A stretch of 37,071 nt of DNA from Nemertoderma westbladi (taxonomy: Eukaryota; Animalia; Xenacoelomorpha), in assembly GCA_032718475.1 (NCBI GenBank), contig JAUCBJ010008022.1, positions 1-37,071 on the forward strand, read 5' to 3'. The notes below the pieces were generated by a model. It was not told where the DNA came from. It saw only the letters and a list, made by a program, of their open reading frames with translations, and did no database searches. Of the stretch, positions 12,938-25,110 are shown one piece after another (positions within the stretch are counted from its first letter, which is position 1; every line of letters begins with the position of its first letter). Both the position numbers and the translations under genes were made by a program.

Positions 12938-13335
12938 ACTCAAACTGACCTGACACACAATGATATTTAATTATTTATTTTTTATTATCAATATTTTATT
13001 ATAGTGTCCATTTTTTGGGCCATTGTTATATTTTTTTCTAAGAGGGATGAACTTTCAAAATAAATCCATTTTTTTTTTGACCGGTACTGGTATAGGTATG
13101 ACTTGTCTGTAATACTGCCAGCCTGATGTAAGAGCTGTCATCTGCAGGTGCCTAATTCTGCAACCACATACTCAACTACAAACTCAAACATAACTGCAAT
13201 GCTCTGTTAATTCTGAACTATTTAATTATCATCCGCAGCCACCTTTAAATCACTACGATCATTTTATAGTGACGGAACTAGCTTTCTACCCTGCTACCAT
13301 CGTAATACCAGTTCATTAGGCCTACTGCCTACCCC

Positions 13336-14499
13336 ATGCCCATCGTCCATCATAACCTGATTAACGCTAAACAAAAAGTCCTACCACCTTCGACTAATTT
13401 GTTAACGTCTGCGACTGGCCGACCGATGTCTCACCAGAAACGGAATCTGAGTGAAGTATCCAAGTCCTCCTCTGGTACAACGCCTGAAGCCAAGCGAATG
13501 GCTGAAGGAGAGTTATGGTCCGAGTCAGATGCTACTGATACTGGTACCTGTACCAGTACCGGTACCTGTACTGGTCTTTTCGAACATGATCCATCCTCTA
13601 CTGGATCATCCAATGGGGCGGTGGACAACAGCGACGTCAATGACGGTGTTTTTAATACTTCTCTCCCACTGCCTTTTCCCTCGAATCCCATCCAGGGTTT
13701 GAATCCTTCGGATCCTTCTTTCCTTGCAGTTTTTCAAGGGTTCTGTAACCAGTTAATGACTACCTTCGAATCCAGGTTATCCATTGTGTCCAACCAACTG
13801 CTATCTGCTATTGACACCAAAATAGATCAACGTTTTGCAAGTGTACATTCATGCGACACTGATGCACTTTTCAAGATGGCATTAAAGGTCGACTCGGATG
13901 GTCAGTATCTGCGCCGTGAAACGCTGATTGTTTCTGGACCTGTAGCACAATCTTTCCTGTCCTCAGGTTCGTCTTCCACACCCGGCTCTGGGTTAGTCTC
14001 GGATGTTGCTCTAGAGGAGTTTATTTCTTCAATAGCCGTGCGATGTGAGGTAGCTGAGTTTGATTACGACCGTTTCATCTCCCGTATCCATCCTAGCAAA
14101 AATAAGAAGCAAGTTATTGTTAAGTTCTCCACTTACCGTGCTAGGGATAAGCTCTTTAGAAGCCGTCCCAAGTTGAAAACGTCAATACCTGCCGACCGTG
14201 TCTACCTTAATGAATGTTTGACACCTTATCGCTCCGCTCTGTATTACGAATGTCGCAAGTTGGTTAAATCTAAGATAGCTACTGATTGCTGGACGCGCGA
14301 CGGCAACATTTACGTCAAACACCGTTCGGGAACGGTATCTGGAATCCGTCAAGTTCATCAGCTAATGGATTTAGTACGTGGTCTAATTGCTGGAGGTGAA
14401 ACTATTACATCACCCGATCAACGACCTATTGATCTGGAAGCAGTCTGGAGGAACCTCGATGCGCAACAATCCAGTCTCCTATCGATGTTAATGGACTGA
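13336..14499 (+). CDS. LINE ORF1 protein (coiled coil plus RRM/CTD-like domain)
   Basis: 387 aa. QYLRRETLIVSG, VIVKFSTYRARDKLF, VYLNECLTPYRSALY and DCWTRDGNIYVK are typical of CR1/L2-group ORF1. Confidence 0.85.
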   Translation: MPIVHHNLINAKQKVLPPSTNLLTSATGRPMSHQKRNLSEVSKSSSGTTPEAKRMAEGELWSESDATDTGTCTSTGTCTGLFEHDPSSTGSSNGAVDNSDVNDGVFNTSLPLPFPSNPIQGLNPSDPSFLAVFQGFCNQLMTTFESRLSIVSNQLLSAIDTKIDQRFASVHSCDTDALFKMALKVDSDGQYLRRETLIVSGPVAQSFLSSGSSSTPGSGLVSDVALEEFISSIAVRCEVAEFDYDRFISRIHPSKNKKQVIVKFSTYRARDKLFRSRPKLKTSIPADRVYLNECLTPYRSALYYECRKLVKSKIATDCWTRDGNIYVKHRSGTVSGIRQVHQLMDLVRGLIAGGETITSPDQRPIDLEAVWRNLDAQQSSLLSMLMD

Positions 14500-15289
14500 T
14501 ATCATATTTAACTCCTGGGTTGAATCGTTGATCATCTGATGTTTGATGGTTTGTCAATTGTCTCTATAACTTGTTGGTTAGCTGCGTAAATTACTTTTCA
14601 CTATGTATGTATATACTGCTTATACCTCTTGTTTTGTTGGTGGTGGTCTAAATTCAGTTCTTTAAAACTTATTGTAGTTTTGTATTTTTTCTGTCATATA
14701 GGCCTATCTATATATATCTTTTTCATACTGAGACCTGTTGGTTTAGTCTATTCAGGGCTGTAAGGGATGGGTTCTCTGTGAACCCCACCCCCCACTTTTT
14801 TACCTGTGCACTTGCGGTATGCCTGCTCTTGCATCAGTGCAGTATGTGCTCCAATCATACTTATGCAGAATTGTCAAGAAGTGGTATGGCTTGCGGTGGC
14901 CATTTTCACTTGTTTTTATTGTATATATTACTGGCATACGCACTTCCAGTATGCCCTTTTTGTGTATATGTGTATGTGTATGTGTGCATACAATACTATG
15001 TTTGGTGATTTTGTGTTTGCCTATTCACATTATATACTCATGTCTTTGTTGTTTTATTTATGTTGTGGTTCGAATGGGTGGTTGAATGTCGTCTATTTTG
15101 TGCCAGACTACAGCTGCAAAATATGGAATGCACTAGCTTGTGGAATTAACATGCATATTTCCTTTTACCTTTTATTTTTCTCGTTTTGGTTAATTTTATA
15201 TTTTTGTGTGTTTCACTATTCGCCTATGCAGCTCTCCATCGCATTACTATTTCAAATTTTATTTTCTACACTGTATCCATTTATAAATA

Positions 15290-18200
15290 ATGGGTATTGA
15301 TATTGGTCAATGGCGAGCTGCAATAGGTAATTTTCACAGAAACCTTTGTAGAATATCTATGCCCAATGTTTTTGCATCGACTTTCATTGGATTTTTTTTA
15401 ATGTTCAACCAATTAATCATTTTACTTTTTGCTATTGTAATTTTTTTGCTTGTTGCTGGTGATGTTCACCCCAACCCAGGGCCATCGCCAATCCGTTTTA
15501 TGCAAACGAACATCCGATCGTTAGTTGCAAATTGGGACTTTCTACCTAATAGGCTATATATGGACTTTGATATTATCGCTGTAGTTGAAACTTGGTTTAT
15601 GGCCAAACATAAATCTGAAATGTTTAGATTATCCAACTTCTGTGATCCTATTAGACGAGACCGAAACTCACTTGGGGGAGGCCTCGCCTTATATATATCA
15701 AATTCCATTACTTATAAGCGCGAATTATTAATTGAATGCATTGCACCTAATTATGAATCATTATGGCTATCCTGTAAATCAGCTAACAAAAAATTTATTA
15801 TTGGGCTTTTTTATAGACCCGATCATACCGATACCATGTTTTGGGAGTCAGTAAATGATATGGTAAATGAGGCTAAGGGAATGGGCTTCCATGAAATTAT
15901 TTTACTAGGTGATTTTAACCAAGATCTACTAACTGTGGAAAAGAGTCGTAATTTATGTAATTTTATTTCCCGCCAAGGTTTTCTTCAATGGGTGAGCGAG
16001 CCAACACGCATTACTCCAACATCTTCATCTCTCCTTCTGCCTGTAATTACCTCCTTACCGAATGTCGTATCTGGAGTTCACGTTCTGTCACCTATAGGTA
16101 GCAGTGACCATTCTGTTGTCTGTTTTAAATATAATTTTCCCATTAACCATGAACCAGCATTCTCTAGGAGGATCTGGTTATATAAACATGCAAATTTAAA
16201 TTTATTTCGCCAACTTTTAATTGCCGCCAATTGGGACAACATATATAATGACTTCCATACTGTGGACGAGGTCGTATCGGCTTGGGTTTCAACATTTATG
16301 TCCTGCGCCAATACTGCAATACCGAGCAAGGTTATAACTGTCAGGCCTAACGATAAACCCTGGTACACAACGCATTTACGTAAGCTATGTCGCAAAAAAG
16401 AGCGTCTCCACAAACTGGCCAAAAATAATAATAATTCTAGCTCTTGGTTAGCCTTTCGCTCAATACGTAACCGTTACATATCGGATTGTCGCACTGCAAA
16501 GAAAAATTATTTTAGAACACTTTCAAATAAACTATCAAATTGCTCTGTTTCTAGCAAACAGTGGTGGTCTATTTGTAAATCCCTTATAGGCGCCGAGCAC
16601 CATCGTGATATCCCAGTCGTCTCATATAACAATGTTACAGCTGTGACGTCACTTGAAAAGGCAGAACTTTTTAACAAATTTTTTTGTGATCAATATATAC
16701 TAGATGACTCATCATTCGTACTACCAGCCAATGCAGTACCGCAGCCTACTTTAACTACTGTAAATTTTAACCAGGATAGTATTCTGTGCGACCTGAAACT
16801 TATTGACTCGGATGGGGCTACTTGTCCCATTGATGATGTATCTAATAAAATGCTCAAAGCCGGCCTACCCGTTGTTATTCACGAAATAGTCCGTTTGTTT
16901 CAATATATTTTTGACAATGCTACACATCCTAAAGCCTGGAAGTCTCGTTTTGTTTTTCCCTTACCTAAAACTGATATTTTGTTTTTTTGTGCCCATTTCA
17001 GGCCTATCGCACTGACGAGTAATTTGGGTAAACTTTTCGAGCGATCGGTACATAGTGTTCTTTACAACTATATCATTAATTTCTTATCCAAATTTCAGTC
17101 TGGTTTCAAAAAGGGTGATGGGACTATTTACCAGCTGATATCTTTATACGATGCACTAGCCAAGGCACTCGATTCTGGGAAAGAAGTTCGCATTGTTTTT
17201 CTCGATATAAGCAAAGCGTTCGACAAGGTACATCATAAAGGTTTACTCTACAAATTGGCTAATATGGGCGTGGGGGGAAATTTTCTTTCATGGATATCTA
17301 GTTATCTTGCTGACAATTTTCAGTGTGTCGTTGTTAACGGGGCCACTTCATCGTGGCTTGCCGTCCTAGCAGGTGTTCCGCAAGGTTCGGTTCTAGGGCC
17401 GCTCCTCTTTCTTGTGTATATCAATGATATAGTCGATATTGTTAACAACAACATTAGTTTGTACGCTGACGATACTGCCTTATATGTTGAAGTAAATAGC
17501 CGCAACTCCATGTCTTCATCTGAGTCACTTAATCGGGATCTCAATTCCATCTCTCAATGGGGTGCAACTTGGCTTGTTACTTTTAATGCATCCAAGACTG
17601 AGTCTATGGTTCTTTCACATCGGAAAACCAGGGACTCCGGTCACACTGTGTTGTCCTTAAATAATATCCCCATTGTTGAGGTTAATGAGCATAAACACCT
17701 CGGCTGTATACTGACACCAGACTTAAAGTGGCATTTGCAGATTAATTCCATGATTAGTCGTGCAAGTAGGAAATTGAACATGTTGCGCTCGGTAAAATAT
17801 ATTGTCAACAGGAAAGCTCTTAATAATATTTATGTTTCATTTATTAGATCTACCTTAGAATACGCTAGTCCAGTCTGGGATAACTGTTCAGAGGAATTAA
17901 AAAACTCCCTGGAACTACTGAACAAGGAAGCGATTAGACTAATCTGCAAATTAACAGTATCTTGTTCTTCCTCTAATTTATATGCTGAGTCTGGGCTATG
18001 TACTCTGCAAGAGCGCCGAAACTTTCAGAAACTTGTAATTATGTATAAAATGATGAACGGGTCCGCCCCTGGTCACTTAAGGGCCACTCTCCCCTCAACT
18101 TTTAGCAGTATTAGCCAACGGGCCACTCGCAATTCGGCAGACTTGCGTCCTCCTTTTGCTCGGACCAATTTCTATAAAAATGCGTTCTTACCAACCATCA

Positions 18201-18659
18201 TCAGTAAGGCTATGGAACACATTGCCCATTGAGATCCGTAATTCTGAAACCCTCCAATCCTTCAAAACTAACATATACCCCTTTGTATGCAATGTCCACT
18301 ATGTTCCACCATATTACTTAATGGGTTCGCCTAGAATAAACGGTTTGTTATCCCGCCTGCGGTGCAATTGTTCATCTTTAAATTTCGACCTATTTTCAAA
18401 CTTCATCAAACCATATAAAAGTTGCCAGTGTGGTCACGTTAAAGAGGATGCTTTCCATTACTTCTTTGAATGTCCTTTGTACCATAACTTCCACCTCATT
18501 ATGCAAGCCAATATTGTTTCTCTTGGTTTCCGTCCCTCATTGTTTCTATTATTGCAAGGCCCCCAAAATAAGAATGATCTGAACGGGGCCGAATCAATAA
18601 TTTATGCAATCACTGATTTCGTAGAGAAGACAGGAAGATTTAACCATTTGGGGTACTAA
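15290..18659 (+). CDS. LINE ORF2: 2A-like leader, AP endonuclease, reverse transcriptase, C-terminal CCHC region; one frameshift
   Basis: APE motifs QTNIRSL, VETW, GDFN, SDH. RT motifs FRPIALTS, FLDISKAFDKV, GVPQGSVLGP, YADD. The 980-aa frame breaks at the ACCA duplication 18190-18197 and continues in ORF 18156-18659 (PSSVRLWNTLP...CQCG..EDAFHYFFECPLY). Confidence 0.93.
15461..15484 (+). other. 2A-like (StopGo) motif DVHPNPGP
   Basis: LLVAGDVHPNPGP directly before the APE domain. Consensus is D(V/I)ExNPGP; the E is H here. Confidence 0.7.
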
Positions 18660-19310
18660 AATAACAATAATAATAATAATAAGCATAATAATTATAATAT
18701 AAAGTGCCGTAATTTGTTTTTATTTCATTTATAAATCTAAAAATAAATAAAAGTACGTCCTGCTCCAGATTACGGACTGTTACCTGAAATTGTATGTTGT
18801 TGTTATATTTTTTAATTTATTTTCGTGGAGCCATAGAACGAGTTGGAGGCAACCTGGGTGATTAAACAAATTTAACCTGTGCAATATTACATTTCATGTT
18901 GCAACATGTAGCATTATTCATTGTACGAGCTATTTATTTAGTGCCTATTATACTCATTGCAATACTTAACGCTAATTAATATTACACTAAGAAATTGTAA
19001 TATTGTATTGTAATAATGTATTTTATATTGAATTATTTTGTAATTTGGTTTTGATTATATATAATCGTCTTACTTTTGGGTGTAGTTCTATCTAACTCTA
19101 GTATGGATCGTTAGTGCATACCTCTGCAGCAGTCTGGGCGTGTATGTATGAATGTTGTGTATGTTTGCGTATGAGTGGTGTGTGTACTGTTTGTATGTAT
19201 GTGTTCAATGTTCGTATGATATGTGTGCTAGTTGTATGTCATATTTTTTGATTAAGAATATCAATCTAAAATATATTGGTGCCGGTGCAATTTATATAGT
19301 TTATCGTTAT

Positions 19311-19356
19311 GGATGAACGGGCTTAACATAAGCTTAGGCTTGTTGCCCAATCATCC
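19311..19356 (+). other. LINE 3'-terminal stem-loop
   Basis: Pairing GGATGA/TCATCC, GGGC/GCCC and AACA-AGC/GCT-TGTT around a short TTAG loop, about 30 nt before the tail. Confidence 0.65.
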
Positions 19357-20269
19357 TCACCAATTGAGGTAAATAAATGTTAAATGAAATGAACTTTCAA
19401 AATGGATAAACTTTGAGATTCGAACAAGGTGGCCTTTTCCGAAAGTTCACATGCTCTAGAATATTAATTAATTAATTAGTACTTAATTAATTTTCAACGA
19501 TTTTCAAATTAATTAATTATGCACCCCCCCCCCCCCCCCCCCCCCAATTTCAATTTCATAAAACATAAAAACTGACATCGGAAATGAAATCACCGCACTC
19601 CACTCATATACCCCCATAGCGAAAATTGTCGTCAGTTAGTAAACTTCTTTATATTTTGACAGACAGACTGACAGTCTTGAATCCATCAAACAGGAATCGA
19701 ACAAATCAGAAATGAAATCAGCGAGCCCCATAATTTCAATCCGCCCAACCTCTTAAGAATCATTGAATATTTGACAGACAATATTACTGACAGACGGACA
19801 GACAGACAAAAATATCATTCTAACAAAACTTTTATGATCAATTCAAAGAAACAAACTTAACTAACATATTTGAATAATTATTTTTTCTTAACGTCTTTTT
19901 TTCTCAATTTTATATTCTGAATTGATTTCGCAAATCAAATCAAAAATGAAAAAGACAAAATAGACAATTTTGAACAAAAAGGGACAAACCAAGCATTGCA
20001 TGCTTCCTAACAATGTATAGCCGATGATAAACCCACTGTATTACAATAATATCTCATTGGTACATGATTTTGGGCATTATCTACACTGTGACCTGTTAGG
20101 CCGTATAAATATAGTAGGCCATGGTGTAGGTAAAGATGGTTAGAATTCTGTAAGATTATTCTAAAGTGATTGATTAGCTAAATAAATTAAATTTTTCAAC
20201 AAATATTAGAAATAACAAATTATTAAATTATAAATAAAAAGGACAATGTCTTAGAACTCACGGGATTGG

Positions 20270-20408
20270 CTAAGCTCCCCACCAATCAGGGCCGTCTCCT
20301 GGAGCGGCCGGTTTTCCACCCGGCATTACGCCCATTGCGTAACCGTAGCCGCGTTGGTTTGGTGCGACCCGCGGTGTCTGCCGATAATCCCGGCCTCCGA
20401 ATCCCGAT
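20270..20408 (-). CDS. DDX3: DDX3/PL10 DEAD-box helicase, terminal coding exon
   Basis: Acceptor ttttgtccacag| at 20409. (R)SGFGGRDYRQ...GPDWWGA* carries the RDYR and DWW C-terminal signatures of the DDX3/Ded1/Belle family. Phase 2 matches the upstream exon. Confidence 0.93.
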
Positions 20409-20494
20409 CTGTGGACAAAAGAAATAAAATAAATGAATAAATATAGTAAGGAAATACAAATAAATATCTTCAAAGTTGTGTAGTATCTGATTGG

Positions 20495-21480
20495 AGATGT
20501 CTTCATTATACTTGACACAATGAACCCGGCGTAGTATTCTTGTGAAAGTGCCATCCAGAGTTTTGGTGTCCTGAGCAGTTAAAGCCCAGCCTGCACACCC
20601 CTAGAGGAGTACTGGTTCTACTGCTGCTCTAAATAATCGACCTTAAGTTTACATACCCTTGTTTATTCGAAACTCGAACTCCACCTGACTTCAGGATTCA
20701 TCATCCTAGTAGCAGACATCCATATGCCCAATTAAGAACACCATCCTTAGAGCTCATATGGTCAAACATTTCCCAAGGACTATCGAAGTTAACTGTCATG
20801 ATTTTGGTCTTCTTGGCGTTTACAAAAAGACCAACACTAGAAGCAGCCTATTCTAATGAGCTGAGGAGCCGTTGGGCTCCCTCTAGTGATTCTGACAGTA
20901 CCACTAAGTCATCAGCAACGTCTATATCAGTAAGGTACTTTGCAGGTACTTCATCTTCTTCTTGAGCCAGTAGGGGATGTTCCCATCAATCCATCTTTAT
21001 TAAGATGGTCTAAGGACAGGCACAGAACACAATCAACTACAATTACGAATAAGAATGGCGCAAGTGTGTCACCCTGTAGGATTCCCCATAGCACTTCGAA
21101 TGGTTCTGTGTCACTATCAACAGTAGACACAAATGTTGTGGGGCCATCGCCTTGTGATCTGATTGCTGAAATAATTTCTCGGGAATACCATATATTGCAA
21201 CATAACAGTCTATCAACAAGATCCCTGTTGCCATTCAATGATTATATTGTATAGCTTTATAGCAATAGAGATCAACGAGATAGAGAATAGTTTTTGGAAC
21301 TGCAACCCGTAGACATACTGTCTACGGAAACTCTTATAGAAATGCGGTTGCTGATTCGGTCTATTTTGTCCAATGCTGCATGCCATGTGCAACATTGGAC
21401 AATAGGCCCGTTCATCCACTACCACTGTCACCTGCTTAAACGCGGGGGAATCGCCAACCACCTACAACGCAAGACCTTAA
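20495..21480 (-). mobile_element. Old, internally deleted RTE-type LINE copy in the last DDX3 intron
   Basis: 20511-21275 aligns by eye with 29058-30070 (GILQGDTLAPFLF). An APE-like remnant (HAALDKIDRISNRI) lies near 21330-21400. Many stops and indels. Confidence 0.85.
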
Positions 21481-21571
21481 TAAGAAGCTTATCAGTCTGC
21501 GTACTACGGTAGCTTACTGCTGAACTCCCACTTTGCTAAGGTAACAAATCCCACTCGACTATTGTAACTCA

Positions 21572-21748
<177 letters not shown>

Positions 21749-22180
21749 TTAATTTACTATTATAGGAGTTACGAAATTATTACAGAATACTATTGCTTTG
21801 ATATTCTGATTTAATGTAGTTCTGCATATTATTTAAAAACAAAAAATGTATGCGTAGGTTACGCAAATAATAGGCAGTAGGCAGGATATCAGAACAGTTA
21901 CTACGGCAATGCGAGTCAGTTTTTACTTTAAATTCTGCATTATCCCTGACAGTGCGTTATCTTTAGTGTGATTTAAAGGATCCTAAAAGAGCCATTAACT
22001 CGGGCTGCATCAGCTTTGTCTAGACATTCCTGGGATTCCAATCAGGAGGCACTGGTTCGATCCATTGTAACATTACTCAACGACGTTAGTATTAACAGCG
22101 AGTTGTTATTTAGCACTTTACAACTTTAGAGGACATTACAGCATTGTATTGGCCGGAACATTTAGCATTGTATTTGGTGT

Positions 22181-22261
22181 TATTGTTTACGTGGTAACCC
22201 ATGAGTAATGTCAACTAAGGGGACATTACTTAACGCCGTCATGGTTACCACGTAAACAATA
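22181..22261. repeat. Imperfect 81-bp palindrome
   Basis: TATTGTTTACGTGGTAACC pairs with GGTTACCACGTAAACAATA; inner AGTAATGTC pairs with GACATTACT. Confidence 0.75.
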
Positions 22262-22533
22262 GGTGGTAATTTGCCTGACAGTCAGATAGGCCTACTGCAT
22301 TACCTACCGGTAGGCGGGGTATAGCTATTAATAACCAGTTGGGCCTAGCTATATTATTATACCATGGCTCCAAACGCCACCATAAATATAAGCTAACTTA
22401 TTTATAACATAAATTATGTCATTTTTACATTTATTTATACAGCAACTAATATAATTGTGCAGTTTCTATCACTTATAATGTATATGTATGTACTATCATT
22501 TCGTAATGTTAAAATTTTGGAATATAACTACAT

Positions 22534-22667
22534 ACATACTTGTTACAAAGTACTTTACAGTGTTCTGATCCTCGTGGCTTTGTTTTCGCTCACTCACTAC
22601 GTTCGTTCGTGTAACAAAGCCACTCGGATCATCACACTGTAAAGTGCTACTTTACACACAAGTATGT
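22534..22667. repeat. ~134-bp imperfect palindrome (MITE-like) with TCGCTCACTCACTACGTTCGTTCG centre
   Basis: Arms ACATACTTGT..ACTTTACAGTGT..GATCC..GTGGCTTTGTT and AACAAAGCCAC..GGATC..ACACTGTAAAGT..ACAAGTATGT. Confidence 0.75.
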
Positions 22668-24636
22668 AAAGAGTTATCATCTTTAAAGTTAAAAGTCTTG
22701 CATAGCCCGATATAGACTTCCTCTACTTGCTATCTCTCTATATATATATATGGAGTTCTATTATAGATGAGAGAAATTCATCGAAGTATGAAATTGACAT
22801 TCTCGTATATGTTATTAAAAAATTTCCTTTATTTCTTTTATAACATCTCCCCGTAAATCTTGATAAAGTTTTCCGATAACGCCGCACAACAACCTTTTTT
22901 GATTGATCGGGTGAACCAAATATCGGCGTTTATTTCACCGGCTATGTAAGGCATAATTATGTTAATATTACGTCATCGATTTAGTTATCCATATTAAAAA
23001 TTATTACTTTAGATAAAATAAAAAAATCACTTATAATCTATAAAACAATACAGATTTTTATAACTGCCAACTGAAAATTGCTAAACCCTTTATATCTGGT
23101 CTAAGCAATATATACAATAATTTTTATGAGCTGAAAGTCGAAAGCTCATGTGTGACCCGGGCCTAAATATAACATTTCGCCTACCTATACCTATACACTA
23201 TATGTCCTGGAATATAGTCGTTATTCAGGTACCTGCCTGCCCCCCCCACCCCCTCCCCAAATTTTTCTACAAATCTTAATGAGATTGCATGAAATTTGAA
23301 ACATAGATAATTTCAATTAATTAAAATTATAGACACTAACTTTATCATTATTAATTTGAGAGTGACTAATAGTCACTCTCATTCACTATAGTAAGAAATA
23401 TGGAGTAATCTATTGAGTATAGTAGGGTGTTCATTTTGCTCTTAATGTCTTCCACGCGGAGGGAGAAAGACCTTCATAAATTTTCATTTTATTTATAAAT
23501 ATTTAAATTTATTTTAAATATGTATAATTACTCAGTTAATCTATGTATCTATGTATCATCTATGAATTAAAAGTGTAGAACTAGATAACAATGATATTAC
23601 GAAATATCAGAAATATAAGCGAAAAAAATTAATAACTTAAAAAAAATATAAGGTATTTAAAAACAATTTTATATTTATTTTTTGATCAATAAATTATTGT
23701 ATATTTAATATTTAAATTATCATTATAATTATATACAGAATGGAGGGTGAATAAAGGCACGGAAATCCTACGTTTAATACTAGAAAATTAGTGACGATTA
23801 AACAATGACTGTACGTATAGTTGTAAGTAGATGTAGAAACTAGTCTCTACAGCCCTGGTTCAACCCCTAATGACTTCCTCACATATATTTACTTAACTTA
23901 AAAAACGCACATAATATATAATTCTATCTAGATTAAATTCCAAAGGCGGAAATTAAAGCCGACGAGATGGTTAAATATTGCTAAATAGGAATATTAATCG
24001 ACTCGTTGTTGCGAAATAAACAGAAAATTAGAAAATCCGTCTCTGCCAGCAGTAAGAAAAGACGTCGAACTAACCGGAATACCGAATTTAGTAGAGAATG
24101 ATGGAAACAATTAGGTAGTGGGGTGGACGGCGACCTGCTAAAAAGGTTGTTTTATTACTAAGGGTGACGGTGTAGAAAATACATATGAAATTAAATTTAC
24201 ATTGATCGGTATATGTCGTGGTAGAACATAGTTGAACACATCCCCAATATTTTGTAAAATTGTTTAAAAATGTGAAAATGTTGTTTTTAAACATTTCTAG
24301 AACAAGTTTTTCGTATTCTAGTGTTGGATGTTTTTACGAAATATTTTATTTTATCTTTTAAAACAAATCTTCTAGAAAAATTATTTGTTCTAGAACACCT
24401 TTTTAAAATACCTAACATGTTACGTTTTAAAACATATCAAACTAATCGGTAAAGGTAAGTTTGAAAATTGTTGTAAGGGGTTGATTGATGGGTTGTGTAC
24501 CGAGGATCTAAGGGATAATAGTTTACCAATATTATAACTATTAATGCCATTCACTAAATGAGACTAATACATAACCTATAGTGAAAATAATGTTCCATTT
24601 ACAAATAAAACTACATTATTACATGTTAAATAAAGT

Positions 24637-24726
24637 AGAACATATTTTCACTGTGCTCTCGATTCCTTATTAACATCGCTGCGCTCGGTAAATAAAATAT
24701 CTCGAGTAGAGGGAAAATAATGTTCT
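24637..24726. repeat. ~90-bp imperfect palindrome with TCGCTGCGCTCG centre
   Basis: AGAACATATTTTC...CTCGA pairs with TCGAG...GAAAATAATGTTCT. Confidence 0.55.
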
Positions 24727-25110
24727 TCATTATAGATAATATAAAGATTTCGTTTTTGGTTGTTATTGTTAACCCATATATTTGCATAGATTGATTGATT
24801 GCGACTGGACTTTAACTATATTGGCGAGGTGAGACTTACATCGTAGACAATCAGTTCCATCAGCTGCAAGAAAATATCTTATTAAAAATGTTACCGGTAT
24901 GCAATGGCAATTCCAACGCAGTTTATTCTTTATTAGAACAAAATTTATTTACAAAAATATAAATAAAAATTAATAAAAGTATCGATGGTAAAATTGATAT
25001 AGAAAACATGAAATATAAAATAATACATCGATACAACCTGTAACAAAGGCATTATAAGGCACTAATTAATTAATTAATATATTCATAAATATATTCATTA
25101 ATATATTAAT

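Larger units (their letters stand above)
13062..19388 (+). mobile_element. Full-length CR1/L2-group LINE (~6.3 kb) with 15-bp target-site duplication
   Basis: Direct repeat ATGAACTTTCAAAAT at 13047-13061 and 19389-19403. Contains ORF1, ORF2 (APE+RT) and a ~730-bp 3' UTR ending in a stem-loop, AATAAA and an AATGA-type short tail. Confidence 0.92.

Noticed and set aside
14778-15300. Hydrophobic ORFs in the LINE spacer as a third (env-like) gene
   Set aside because: Non-ATG starts, three overlapping frames open because of T/G-rich composition, and no motifs.
20409-20554. N-terminal part of the 94-aa ORF 20270-20554
   Set aside because: It reads through RTE remnant and intron. Only 20408-20270 is the DDX3 exon.
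21990-22065. tRNA gene (GGTTCGATCC B-box)
   Set aside because: No cloverleaf could be built; at most a decayed SINE head.
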